A stretch of DNA of 63,109 bases, counting the filler, from Rhabdomonas costata (Eukaryota), in the NCBI GenBank assembly GCA_019059605.1. It is 29 parts of 29 records of this genome, joined end to end, with 100 filler letters (N's around TTAATTAATTAA, not from the genome) between each part and the next. Parts side by side here need not be neighbours in the genome. Positions count along the whole stretch, not along the records: positions 1 to 2,082 come from JAHMHO010005802.1; positions 2,183 to 4,267 come from JAHMHO010005803.1; positions 4,368 to 6,448 come from JAHMHO010005804.1; positions 6,549 to 8,630 come from JAHMHO010005805.1; positions 8,731 to 10,811 come from JAHMHO010005806.1; positions 10,912 to 12,992 come from JAHMHO010005807.1; 23 more parts are not named here. One strand, 5' to 3'. This document shows positions 1 through 11,959 of this stretch, one piece after another. The position numbers and the translations under genes are program-made. Every line of letters starts with the position of its first letter. The stretch's first letter is position 1. The notes under the pieces were generated by a model that was not told where the DNA came from, did no database searches, and saw nothing but the letters and a program-made list of their open reading frames with translations.

Positions 1-119
1 GTTTGTGTGGGTTTGCGTGTTGAGATGCCGATTCTCTTCTGAGCTCTCGCTCATTCTGCATTCCATTCCTCCCGACATCTTAACGGCATCCCTCCCCGGG
101 CGCCACTCAGCACCGGCAG

Positions 120-2082
120 AGGTCCGGCACTGCATGGATGTCTTCGAGAGCTGCACCGTGCGAGGTGGACTCCGGTCTGTCGGGGCAGTGCTACTGCTAA
201 TGCAGCAAGGTCTCTCTCTAACTTAGTCGTTTTTGCTCTCTGACATGTTTTTTTTGCGGCTGATGTGTTTGCTCAACCGTGGGCATTGAAACCGAGAGCG
301 AAGCCGACGCCGAAGCCGAAGCTGAAGCCGAATGGGGCTTTACTTTACTTTTTATTCAGGACAGTTTGTACTTTTTTTTTTGGCCTTTTACTTCATATTT
401 ATACAATGGTACGTTTGCTCCCTCCTCTCTTCTCCCGCTTGGGCCACCTCACGTTTTTCTTTATCTCTCTCACACTTTCATTTTTTTGGACTCCCTCGCT
501 GAGGTGTACATGGTTGTGTGGGCGGGTGTAGAGTTGGGCCAGACTGCGCTCACGGAGGCTGAGTTGCGCGCGGACATGCAGAGCCTGGGACTGAGCTTCC
601 CAGAAGGAGGGACTTTTGTTCTCGGTTTGTGTTTGCTCAGTATGCTTTTTTACTGGTGCATCCGTGCCCTTGAATGCATTACTCTTGAGCAATTTACGCA
701 GAAACCCACCCAAAACAGTGTTCCATACTTGTAGCAAGTTGAAAGATGCAGATAAAAGTTTTGAACCTAGGCACGACAGTGGTTCAGCTGCATCAAGAGA
801 CGTTGAAATGAAAAGAGCGCCATTGCGGTTGCGCAGCGGTGAAGTGACAGAAATGGAGAAATGGAAAGAGACGCGGAACCAACGCAGCCACACACAGTAT
901 TCTCTTGAGCTCCCTGCACCTGGTGTTAAGCGAGATGGGTGACGTTTTTCCCCCTGCATTTGCCGGTTTCCCTTCTCAGACTTCCCAACGTTTGTGCAGC
1001 TGATGGAGATCCAGAAGCGCAAGCACTGCCAGCTGTACGCTGACCCGGACGTCGAGGCTGGTATGTGGCGCCGGTTGGATGGCGGCTCCACAGAGTGGGT
1101 TGGCCGTCCTCCGTTCAGGGAGAGCACCCCGCTGCATCTTTTTTCGAAGCACGAGGATGCAGCAGCGTCACATTCAATTCTCCGTCGAGCTTTCAAGCCG
1201 TTCAGGGTTGTGTGCTGTGAAGAATCGGATTTCTGGAATTCAGCAAATTCAAGGGACCCAGGAAAAAAGCTGTCATCGCAGCTGTCATTCTTTCATTCTG
1301 GTGCTGCCGACAAGGTAGAGTTGGACTATCTTCGTTCTGTGCATTTTCTTACCTCCCTTCCCTTCCCATTGGAACAGCGGAAGCGTTTGCGGCGATGAGT
1401 GGGAGAAGCGACAAGGCTGGGCTGATTCCTACCGATGTTCTGCTGAAAGCCGTGTCGGAGTTTAACTTGGGAATAGACGTGAAGGCATGAGTCGCCCCCC
1501 GCCTGTTTTCACTCATCTTTTAGCCTCACCCGCATGTGATTCTAATTGTCCATGGGTCCCTTTGGGTGCTGGTTTTGTGCATGGTGTTGTTGGCTGTGGG
1601 GTTGGTGCATGTGGTTCTTCGGCGTTAGGTTCTGGGGTTGTTTTGCCTTGTGGGGAGGGTGCTGTGTTGATGGTGATGGGTCATGGTGGTCATGGTGTTG
1701 GAGACTGTTGGCAGCGGAGTTCGGAAGAAATTGCCCCAAGCATCCCGCACTCGTGCGCAATGCGGGCGGAGGATTCCTGTGCCTTGCAAACAGAGCCTTC
1801 TGGGACTGCTGACGAAGGAGGAGTACATCCCATACAGCCAGTTTCGCGCCCTCTTCCGGCTAATCCGGAACCACTTCCAGCCCAGCGCCAGCTCCTGCGC
1901 GGATGTCGTCGCCGACGACTCCGACGACGCCGACGTCGTCAGTGGGTGTGCTCTGCGACCTCTTAGGGTTCTGCAGCCGAAAAAGAGAGCGAAAAGGAAA
2001 TATAAGGATATTCACGCCGCTACATGTCCAGCGTGTCCAGCCCACGGTTTTATTAGAATCCATGTGCAGCTCCACCAAACCC
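120..2082 (+). CDS. Partial multi-exon EF-hand (calmodulin / outer-arm dynein LC4-like) protein
   Basis: Exons ~120-209 (EVRHCMDVFES), ~501-575, 1000-1060, 1378-1484 and 1794 onward. The last three join to LMEIQKRKHCQLYADPDVEAAEAFAAMSGRSDKAGLIPTDVLLKAVSEFNLGIDVKSLLGLLTKEEYIPYSQFRALF, resembling the LC4-like pattern AF.A.GG..DK.G.I...L...F.L.ID...L...I.Y..F. The 5' junctions are unresolved. Confidence 0.6.
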
Positions 2083-2182
2083 NNNNNNNNNNNNNNNNNN
2101 NNNNNNNNNNNNNNNNNNNNNNNNNNTTAATTAATTAANNNNNNNNNNNNNNNNNNNNNNNNNNNNNNNNNNNNNNNNNNNN
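2083..2182. other. Artificial contig linker N44-TTAATTAATTAA-N44 (first of 28, recurring about every 2.18 kb to 61032)
   Basis: Identical 100-nt spacer with stops in all six frames, between contigs of nearly equal length (about 2074-2085 nt). Adjacent contigs are not physically linked. Confidence 0.98.
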
Positions 2183-3814
2183 TGTTGGGTGGGTTGTAGC
2201 TGACCTTCCTGCCAATGAGGTGGCACAGGTCCTCGGGAACAGTGTCGTTGTCTGCGATGGCGTCTTGCACCGCGGCCTTGAGGAACTCTCCCACATCCTC
2301 CGCAGTGAGGTCGCGCAGCTCATGGCGAGTGGCGCCGCGAGGCAGCACGCTGACCGTGTCCCGCTCCACCAGCAGGACCTGTGACAAAAAAGTAAAAAGC
2401 TTGGGTCGTGAGAAGGGTTGAGGCAGTGGGAGGCACGCGGTTAGGACCACTGAAAGTCAGGCTCGGGTCAGGCAAAGACTCGCGTCCCTTGGAATGTGTA
2501 TGAACATATCTGTTGCGTATAAGTCACGGAAGCGTGAATATTTTCGGCGAACAAATGACAATGGTGCTGCCCAAATATGGCGCAAGGTAAAGTTCTGCCC
2601 CGACTTATCTTTGCTTAATCCCTGATAATCACGAATGCGAATCATCAATACACAGATGAATCGTCAGCCTTATTGCGTCTAAGGAGTATGGTATCGTCCT
2701 AGGTAGTGCTAGTGGTGCTTTGGTTCTTGGTGGTAGCTCAAGACTCCACTACTGTTGCAGGGTTGCAAATGCTAGAAAGGAAACACCATGAATGTTGAAT
2801 TAAAAAACGCCATGAACACAAATTATTCGCCGCGGCACCATACAGGACGCGGGAAATGTGTGCAATAGTTTTGCATAAACACAAAACAACAATTTACTAA
2901 CAAGGTGAGAGTATGGCAAAAAAACCTGAAAAGAAAACTTGTGAAAAAAAAAAACTCGCGACCACCGCCCCTGCGGTCACTCCTGTCTCATGGGAGACCA
3001 AAGCTCCATTTCTACTATATCTTTTACGTCCGAATTTTCTTATACCATAATTTACTTCGGGAACCCTGGATTTTACGTTTCTTGGGCGCACAGCAAACTG
3101 CCTGACTGGGTGTTGATCATCGCTGTGGACTGACGGGCGCAGGTGCTGCGGGCAACGGTGAGGCAACTTCGGAGGGCACAGTGCGTATGCGATCCACACA
3201 CCTGAAGCAAGTTCGAGGTGGGGGTATCCGTGGCCCAGCAGTGCAAAGCCTCAACCAAATCCTGGGAGGCGACGTCCCTTTGGAGTGGTCGAAGAGGAAG
3301 AAAAAAAGCTGTGCTGTCTCCCAATTGATGCCGGCCAGACGCCAGACTGAGCTAGCGCAGTGATCCGGCAAGCCAACTGGAATTGGATGATACTGTCATG
3401 TCAGCGCCATTGCGGCGACGCAAAACTTGGACTCAAAGCATATCCACCTAAATCGACCGTGACAATGGATCACGAAAAGAAAAGCAACGACGAGCACACA
3501 CACACACACATCGAAAGAAGTCCATCTCAATGAGAGCTTCGCTCACAAACTGAGCATTCCGACATCGTTCCCAACAAAAGAAAGGTCACAAACGCCTGGT
3601 GTGCCATAAACAATCTGTATGCACTGGTTGCAGTTGTGTACGTGAGTGAATAGAAGGCAATACATGTTCTGGGCATCGTCCCAGCACAGCACCAAGGCAG
3701 GCACCCTGGAGGCGAAGCTCTGCAGCAGGGCCAGCACCAGCCTGCCGGTAGGGTTGGCCGAGGACGGCGAGGCCCCACCCATCGCGCCCTCCCCGCTGTA
3801 CACCGAAGGTGTGC
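2183..3814 (-). CDS. Partial STAND-class P-loop ATPase (AAA_16-like, as in soluble adenylate cyclase type 10 and bacterial AC-ATPase fusions)
   Basis: Exons 3814-3664, 3277-3202 and 2378-2183, joined by GT-AG introns, give PALVLCWDDAQNMDVASQDLVEAL...NLLQVLLVER...HELRDLTAEDVGEFL...VPEDLCHLIGRKVSYNP. This shows Walker B hhhhDDAQ, D.AS, an L.PL-like motif and a GxP/GNP-like motif. Confidence 0.7.
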
Positions 3815-5749
3815 CTGGCGCACAACAGGGAAGGTGCCAACCATCAGAAACCACGAATACTGGATTGGGAGGGCTTGCGTATAGTTCTTTGCGTGCTGTC
3901 TTGCAAGCGTGGGACTCGCGGGGCAGGCCAAGGTACCCTGGTCAATGGTGCCCCCTAGGGTGGCGTCCGCTTTTTCCATAAGATAAAAAAACAGGAGGGC
4001 TAAGCCGAAGCAGGCCTGGGGTCTTTTGTATAAACAGCAGGCCTCCCGAAACGCTGCGTGGCCGGTCCTTGGGGTCAGGAGAGTCCCGACCTTTCACCCT
4101 CGGCCGGTGGTGGTGCCCCTTGGCGGCTCTTTCGTAACCCTTTTGCGCCGCTTCTTGCCCCACGCAGCGGAGGGTTTACGACAGCACCCACAACGTACTT
4201 TACAACGAACCACCCACGCCGAAAGGGGCTCGGCAACTGGCACGTGGCCGCCTGCAGCCCACAACAANNNNNNNNNNNNNNNNNNNNNNNNNNNNNNNNN
4301 NNNNNNNNNNNTTAATTAATTAANNNNNNNNNNNNNNNNNNNNNNNNNNNNNNNNNNNNNNNNNNNNTTTTTGGGGTGATTACATTTGCGTTCTTTTTGG
4401 CGTTGGCCTTAAATAATATTTTCGAGGCGCTGTGATCAAGGTAAACTTTCCAGTTTCCAGAAAATTTCTAATTTCTAAATTCTCATTCGTGGATGGGGTG
4501 TGACTTCGACATGAATGTTCTGCGAATTTTTGTTTGATTTCCAGCTGTTTTCAATCATGAGAATGCTGACTGAAGACTTGACCCTTGCTGGGTTTTCGCA
4601 GACAATGGGATGACGGTCACAAAAAGACCTTGGCAAACGCTATCACCAGGGAGGGGGACACGACCAAGCCCAGGATCTTGCGAGAGCTGTGAGGTGAAAG
4701 TATACTAGAATTCCAAAGGTAAAAAACACATGTTTGGAGATGCAACAAACAGTCCAGTGCACCCAGCACTGCAGAAAACTGCAAAGAGAGTGTGTAAGTG
4801 AGGTGAAAGGGGTGAACTCTGGGTTGAGCTGCTGGATGATCTGAAGTCTTACTGGAGTGACTGGCGTTTTTCTTTGGGACTGTGGGGTGGAGGTCGACTT
4901 TTGTGGGATGCTTCGCATGTGGAATCGGAGGATGGGGCCACGACTTCTGCGGACGGCAGAGGTGCCGCAAAAGTGTTCTCATACTGCGAGCGTAGGTTCC
5001 GGTGACCATGTTGGCGGGTATCATTGGATCGGGGAATTCCGGAACCACCAACAGCGCATGGTCGAATATGGGCATAAGGTTGAGCGGGTTCATCAAGTAG
5101 CTTTCCATCCCAACAACACTGGAGGAAAAATGCATGGGCGTACTCAAAAAGAACGAGAGGGGGGGGGGGGAGCAGAGCGTCCAAAGCCTATCGGCTGCAG
5201 CACGGAAGGAGGAGGAGCCTTATCTCTGTAAGTATTTCCTGAGCAAGCGGCCGGAAGGTGACGTTTTCAGAGCGGGGAGCAAAGAGGCCACGGGCAAGTG
5301 GGGGGAATGTGCAGCAGGCGTATCTGCCGCTCACCGTAGGACCGTAGGGTAGTTCTCTTGCCAAGCAGTCCGAAAAGCAGCAGATTCGTGCACGCAATAT
5401 GGGAGAGCTGGGAGAGCGATGTGGTCGCTGTGCAGCTGCGCCATGGAATCTTTCCTGGAAACCTCTGCGAAATCCTCTAATTTAATCGAAGAGGACATCT
5501 GCATCGCCCGCTGCAAGCCTTTTATCGAAGTCGCAGCAGAAAGTGCCCAAAAAAACACTTGAAAGTGGAGAACACTGGTTCAAAGGGGGGAGCAGCACAA
5601 AAACATTTGTGCCTATTACCATGCAGGAGGTGCCATAATGTTCTGTGTCATTAGTGTTCAGTGACGGTGGAGCTAAATGATTGCTGAAGAACTGAAGATT
5701 TAGACCAAAAAACAAAAGTGCACACAAACCTGCAGTTGCTTCCGGGTAA

Positions 5750-6199
5750 TTATACGCTGCCATTGCACTCCGTAGAGTTAAACGAGTAGAAGAACGCTAG
5801 TCCGTAGAGAACGCTGCACCTCACCAACCGACCACCACCATCCGGACATGGGCAGATTGCCAAAGAAGCGGTGAAGATGTCCGTCACCCCGCAAGTGTAG
5901 GAAGAGCTAAGAGGCCACCAAACCTTCACCGCGTTGACGAAAAATGTCCATGCGTAGGCCAGCATTCCGCAAGTGCATCGCATCCACGCGGTTCAGCAGG
6001 TGCGCTATCTTGGACACCGGCAGGTTCATCACAGTGCGCGCGGTCTCCTGCACGTCCACCTCCGCGAGCTCCCACAGGCTCTTCTGGCCTGAACGTAATC
6101 AGGTAAACCCCACGTGATGGCCATCAGAGCGATGAAGAAAACCGTGAGGAGGACTTTGAGGAACTTGCCGCAGGCAATCGCCGCAGGCGGACGCGTCAT
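5750..6199 (-). pseudogene. Possible frameshifted N-terminus of a membrane receptor-like protein
   Basis: MTRPPAAIACGKFLKVLLTVFFIALMAITWG (hydrophobic), then coding-like segments in different frames (GQKSLWELAEVDVQETARTVMNLPVSKIAHLL; MLAYAWTFFVNAVKVWWPLSSSYTCG). Confidence 0.25.
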
Positions 6200-6731
6200 T
6201 GTACACCGTGGGGTAAGTAGCCGTTAGGCGACAATTGAGAACGAGGAGAGAACAGATCCAAAAAGAAAGGAAATGCACTGAATAGACAAGGTACATGCAC
6301 CGGAGCTTTCCAGTGTAACCGTGGGGCGGAGAGTAAGGCAGCCCTCACTCTCGCGGTGGAAGTCTTCAACACTTTCGGTAAATACAAGACCTGCTGGGAT
6401 TCAAACTTACTTCGCAAGCGCGCCAAGCTGGATTTCGCACACAAAACANNNNNNNNNNNNNNNNNNNNNNNNNNNNNNNNNNNNNNNNNNNNTTAATTAA
6501 TTAANNNNNNNNNNNNNNNNNNNNNNNNNNNNNNNNNNNNNNNNNNNNAGTAACCGGTTGTACGGGTTACCCAAAAGTGTCAAGAATTCCAAAGAACAAA
6601 AGACGTCAGACGCTACTACTCTTCAGCCTCAAGTGCGCGATCGCTCAAATGATGAAAAAAAATGCGTGGGATTTGTTCACTTCACCATTGCGATGTCCAT
6701 TCACATCCCAATTTTCTTGCGTATATCACAG

Positions 6732-8630
6732 TGTCTCTAATGGGGCTGCTGCTAATGCTGGTGCCCACCGTGACCGCCGCTGCGCAGTTAGAGCAGGGGA
6801 GTGATCACAGGCTCCTCCGTGAGCTGTACGCCGCACTATGCGGGCTCGGAGCTGCGATAATCTGGTCCCAGGAAACCATTGTGGCGAAGTACATGCTCGC
6901 GGTGAGCGTGCCTTCGTTGTCTCCACTGGAGCTCCTGGCGTACCGTCAGCTGGTAGGGCTGGTGACGCTGTGCGGCTATGTGTTTGTCCTCAAGTCCAGG
7001 CCGTTGTGCTCGCTGCTGTATGTCTTGCCCAACACGCGCTTGTTTGGACGCACTCCTCGAGAGTTGGAGTTGTGCCCTTTTACGTGTTCTGGAAGAGGGA
7101 TTTTCATTTTGGGGTTGAGTCCATCTGGGCTACAATGTGATAAACATTCCAAATTCAAAAGCAATTGTTTGACTCCCAAGGACCAAGAACTAAATCCTCA
7201 ACCCCAAGGACCAGTCACCCAGCGTTTCGGAAGACCTGCTTTATGTACAGAAAAATCCCAGGCCTGCTTCGGCTTAACCCTGCAGATCCAGAGAGACAAC
7301 TAAAAAATGGACTTTCACTACTAATTTGAAGTCCACGAAACGCTCAAGGTTAACTTTTTGTTGTTTTTCTTTCTCGCGACGGCCCTGTCTTTGGTAGCCC
7401 GCTGAAGACGGGAATCCCAAGGTGATTTGCAGGTGTGGAGAAAGTCTCCTCCGGACACATTCTTTGGGTCTCTGTGAGCTGCGGAGTGGGTTCAAGCTGT
7501 GATGTGCACAAAACTCTGAAGATACTCCAAGAAGCAATTCCTTCTTAGAAACATGCAATGCAGGTTTTACTGCATCTTTGTTCCTGTCTGACTCCCGCAC
7601 AAGGTGGACCCATTCAGAATGGAGATAATAATATTGCCCCCATTACCGCACTAATGCTCACAGGTTGCATGCAAAGAAAGATTGCACGGCAGACTGTAAG
7701 AAAGATGCGCAAGCAGCAATGCAGGTTGCTGCGAGGGAGTACTGACGCAATCAATTACTGGTTATTCAGGGAAGGGGAGTACTGTACGTAAAAAAAGAAA
7801 AGAACCAAGCAAGCCAACGAGGGGAGAAAGAAAGATGATCTGGGTGGAATTTATGAGGACGCTGACTGGGGTTCAAAAGCGACAATTTAAAAAAGCAATG
7901 AGCTAAGATGTCCGAGCTAAGGTGTCCGATATTTCACATTTCAGCCTTTCTGGTGTCCATGAAAGGTCCACCACCGTTTAAAACTCGCCTCTTAATCTTA
8001 AATGCACCGTGCAAATGTGCACATATAGCAACTGTGGACATATTTCACCTGTTCGTTGCAACCCAACGTTCTTTTGGCGGATTGGAACTCTTTTTTGTGA
8101 TTGGTAATATAGGGAATCACTCAAGTTTGCATTGTCAGTCTGACAAATGCCACTGCAGACAAACACTTCTTCTGGGTTTCTTTTGAAACCGAGAGTAGCC
8201 CGTGTGTTTAATGTAACTTTGAGCACAAAGCAGTGAGAAAATCTTCACACATAAGGACGATCGTTGAAGAACCTCACTATCGCGGGTATGTGAGCGTCTT
8301 GTTTTTTTTTGTTTCAGGCAAGTGCAGTGCTATGAGTGGGAGGCGCCGACTCGTACCCAGATCTGTGTGCTGACCTTGCTGGCCGTAGTCGAGCTGCTGT
8401 CACATGGGCTGTACTTTGTGGGGCTTTGTGGGTGCTCAGCTAGTGTGGCGATTCTGCTGGAGCTGGCGTTCCCTCTGTGGCTGTTCACCGCGGTGTCCCC
8501 GCTGGGGCGATTGGTGGACCCCCACTACGCGGTAGCCAAGCTGAGCGCCATGCAGATCGTAGGGGCCTTTATATTGGGGTATGCGGGAGAGTATGCGATG
8601 ATGCACCCGCCCTCAGTGGTACCAAAAAAC
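6732..8630 (+). CDS. Partial EamA/DMT-superfamily membrane transporter
   Basis: Exons 6732-7017 and 8318-8630 (GTATGT...TTTCAG intron). Multiple TM helices with ALCGLGAAIIWSQETIVAKYML, LSPLELLAYRQLVG and GLYFVGLCGCSASVAILLELAFPLW, typical of an EamA repeat. Confidence 0.7.
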
Positions 8631-9407
8631 NNNNNNNNNNNNNNNNNNNNNNNNNNNNNNNNNNNNNNNNNNNNTTAATTAATTAANNNNNNNNNNNNNN
8701 NNNNNNNNNNNNNNNNNNNNNNNNNNNNNNCCCAGCCAAGTGGCGAAGACCGGCTGCTGACCATTGGGCAGCGGCTGCCAACGAAAGCTGGAACTAATGT
8801 CGCCACCGCCACTACGTGGGCAGACGGCGCACATCCGAACGCATTGAGGGGAAACTTCCAGAGCAAAGCCAACACGGAAGCAAAGGAAGGGATACCCTCA
8901 GCGTAGAGTTGGGATGACCTCCGAAGCCCCTCTGAGTCACACGAGAAAAACAAACCAAGTGATTTGCTGGCCATTTGTTTTGGACGCGTTCAATACGCAA
9001 CCCCACAAGGACGAGGAAGGCGCACTAGTAAAATAGGAATAACAAAAACAACAGCAACAACAACAACAGCTCCAGCGAGTATCCAGCAGACTTTATGTGA
9101 GCTTGCTTGAGGTTGCCAATGCTCCTGCATACCCTCCAAAGAATTCGGAAGTGATGAAATAGTTATGTGTGTTGGGAGTGGGGAAGGCAGCACGTAGACA
9201 GCACCCCTCCCCCATCGCAGTGAATTACTAATTCGGCCAAAACTTAAGTGGTAGGCGGGATAAGTCTGGGATATCTCTTTTACGCAAAAGAAAGCGAAAT
9301 GTGGTGGGTCACAAAATCAATCCCATGTTCTGGCATAATGCGATCGATTCTGGAAGGGGTGGGAAGGTGACGCGAGACAGCATTGCACGGAATCCACACT
9401 CCAAAAC

Positions 9408-9742
9408 CTGGGAAGATCAAGCTCCCCTGCTGCTGAAGAAATGGGTGCCGTCGAAGCTCTTTGCAGGTGGGCCGGCTCCCGGGCTCGTGCCTCACGCACT
9501 GCCCCACAAATTCCCGCAAGGTGGGGGGCCAGGACACTGCGCCCCCGCTGCTCGAGCTAAGGCTGGCGTCCATCCTCCCGATCCTCCCCCCGCTTCCTTC
9601 CCCTCCCTGAGAGCTGCTGGGGATGATCGTCTCCAGGGTGGCCTGCTGGATCACCGAGCACAGCATCATCACATTGGTGCACCGCTCGAAGGCCCTCGGG
9701 AGACGCCCCGTGAAGAGGTGCACTACAATTATTCCCAAGCTC
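9408..9742 (-). CDS. Ser/Thr protein kinase exon (subdomains IX-XI)
   Basis: After a TTACAG acceptor: (W)SLGIIVVHLFTGRLP...LREFVGQCVRHEPGSRPTCKELRRHPFL. Confidence 0.85.
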
Positions 9743-10535
9743 CTGTAACAGCACGGAGAGAGAGCGTGCACAGAAATAACATTTTCTTGTATCTTTTGTG
9801 CGGAGGGTGTGTGTGTGTGTGTGTGTGACGAACGTTCAGTAGTTTCTCAGGTCAGGGGCGTTTGAGGGAATGAATAATAATGTTTTTGCAGATGGGTAGC
9901 AACCTTATAACGTAAACAACGTCCTGATGATGGGTAAAAACATAGCAAAGCAAAGCTAACATGAACTAAATTTGAAAGGCCTGCAACGCATAAAATGTAA
10001 CCAAAATGGTCCCCAGAACAGCTGTTAGCCCAAGAATTCCGGCCCACTTTGCTGCAGGCGTGAAGTACTTCTGGGCTGTACCCTTGGGTATGCTAAGCAG
10101 GAAGCTTAGCCTCAGTATGCAGACTACTACTGCAGACTATGCAAAGGCCAAAACAGACCTCTTGAAAATACGGCGAATGCCCCACAACGACAAAACAGGA
10201 ATTGAGGTACACTGCTGAACCACTGTCTGTGCGCGACCAGGTTGGGAAAGTGCGAAAAAAGGAGTTTCAGCGTAGCATTGGAGGGAAGAACACGAACCAC
10301 GAAAAAACGCGAAAGAGTCGCGCACCTGACCCGAAAGTGCGGCAAAATCGAAAGAGGCCTCAAAGGACCAAAATGGACCCTTCAAGATGCGAGAACTGGG
10401 CGAAGAGATGCAGCAAGAGGCTGGGAAGCTGATAGTTAATCGAACTCAGAATCACGACCATCCCAATATGTATGGGCCCCAAATTGCCAATCTAGCGTGA
10501 GGTAAAATACTCGTGCCAGATCCTGCCGTCCGGCT

Positions 10536-10600
10536 CCGAATCACGCGCGGATGACTCCCGAATCACACCCGAATCACGCCCGAATCACACCCGAACCACC
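10536..10600 (+). repeat. 11-bp tandem repeat CCGAATCAC(A/G)C, about 5 copies
   Basis: ccgaatcacgc ... ccgaatcacac ccgaatcacgc ccgaatcacac ccgaaccacc, seen directly. Confidence 0.85.
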
Positions 10601-11081
10601 CCCATTTCCGGGGTGACCCCTGACGATTGGTCGAAATCCGGAGGCCCGCAGAGAAAGATAGATGGGTGTTACTGAAAGACGCCCCAGAACGACAGACAGG
10701 AATTCATGACATGTAAACACAAACTCACAGACCCTGATTGAGGCAGAAGTCTACGGGATCGCTCGCTCAAATCCTGCCTAAATTTGTGAAGGGGGCGGTA
10801 GACCCAAAAACNNNNNNNNNNNNNNNNNNNNNNNNNNNNNNNNNNNNNNNNNNNNTTAATTAATTAANNNNNNNNNNNNNNNNNNNNNNNNNNNNNNNNN
10901 NNNNNNNNNNNTGTGTGTTGGGGAGGGAAGGCCAAGGAATAGCGACTCAACTCCACAGTGATGCAATGCAAGAGCATAAGGTTGTATGCCTTTTGCATCT
11001 TTGGTGCAAAGGGTGTGACATCGAGTGCTGCTGTCTTATGTGCAATCTGGCAGCAACAGTTTTCGTTTCCTCTTTGCAAAG

Positions 11082-11183
11082 GGGCGCAGGTAAACCAGGC
11101 CGAGACAATTGAAGGCCGCAGCCCGCTGTACACCGCTGCAGAGTTGGGCTTCGAGGAGCTTGTGGAGCTTCTTCTGGAGAACG
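11082..11183 (+). CDS. Single ankyrin-repeat exon
   Basis: AG|...|GT-bounded 102-nt phase-1/phase-1 exon encoding (G)AQVNQAETIEGRSPLYTAAELGFEELVELLLEN(G), matching the ankyrin consensus. Confidence 0.85.
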
Positions 11184-11959
11184 GTACCCCTGGCTCTTTC
11201 TGATCTTTTTTCCATCTCTTTTGGTTCTTTCATGTGCGTCCAACTGTTCCAGGAATGCATTTGTGGAATTCGTGGCATTTGTGCATTTTTCCCATGCTGT
11301 TCTGTTCTCTCGCTGCGGTTGGGTTTCGGCTCCGTTTTGCTTTCAAAGGCTCCCCCATTGCTCCCCTCTGCTGCATTTTGTGGAGTGTCTTTGTTTGATA
11401 GAAGTGGAAGTGTCCCTTTGGCACAGTTCTCTCCCTCTCTGTGCGATGGCCTTCTTCTGCTGTGAGAGGAACAACGATGGAGAGAGTTAAGAAGTGCGGT
11501 TTGCATAGGCGTAGGCGGGCAATTTACATATGCGGAGTTTCTTTTATGCAAACGCAAACTGGGAAAGTCACATTCGGCAGTAAATTTCAGGTAACCCTTA
11601 AAAAGCCTATCACAAGGGGGTATCGAATGGAAGCTGTTATGTGCTCATAAAAGAGCACACCCCATCTCAGGAAAAGCAGACTCTACGGAAGCGATACATT
11701 ACAGCAACCACATTTTCAGAAGCCGAAAACATTGTATTCCTGGGGGCAAATTGCGGAGTTACCTGCACGCCCTTCCAATGTGAATGTGGAGGACACTCTA
11801 TTAGAATCCCAGGGAATCCCGCATCCCCAGCATCCCCTGCATATTCCTAAATTAGTAACCCATGCATTATCCTTACCACATGCACTCCCACGAAGAGGCC
11901 CATAACAACGCTATTACCACCAGCAAACACACAAAAGGGGCCCCACGAACGCACTGAGT

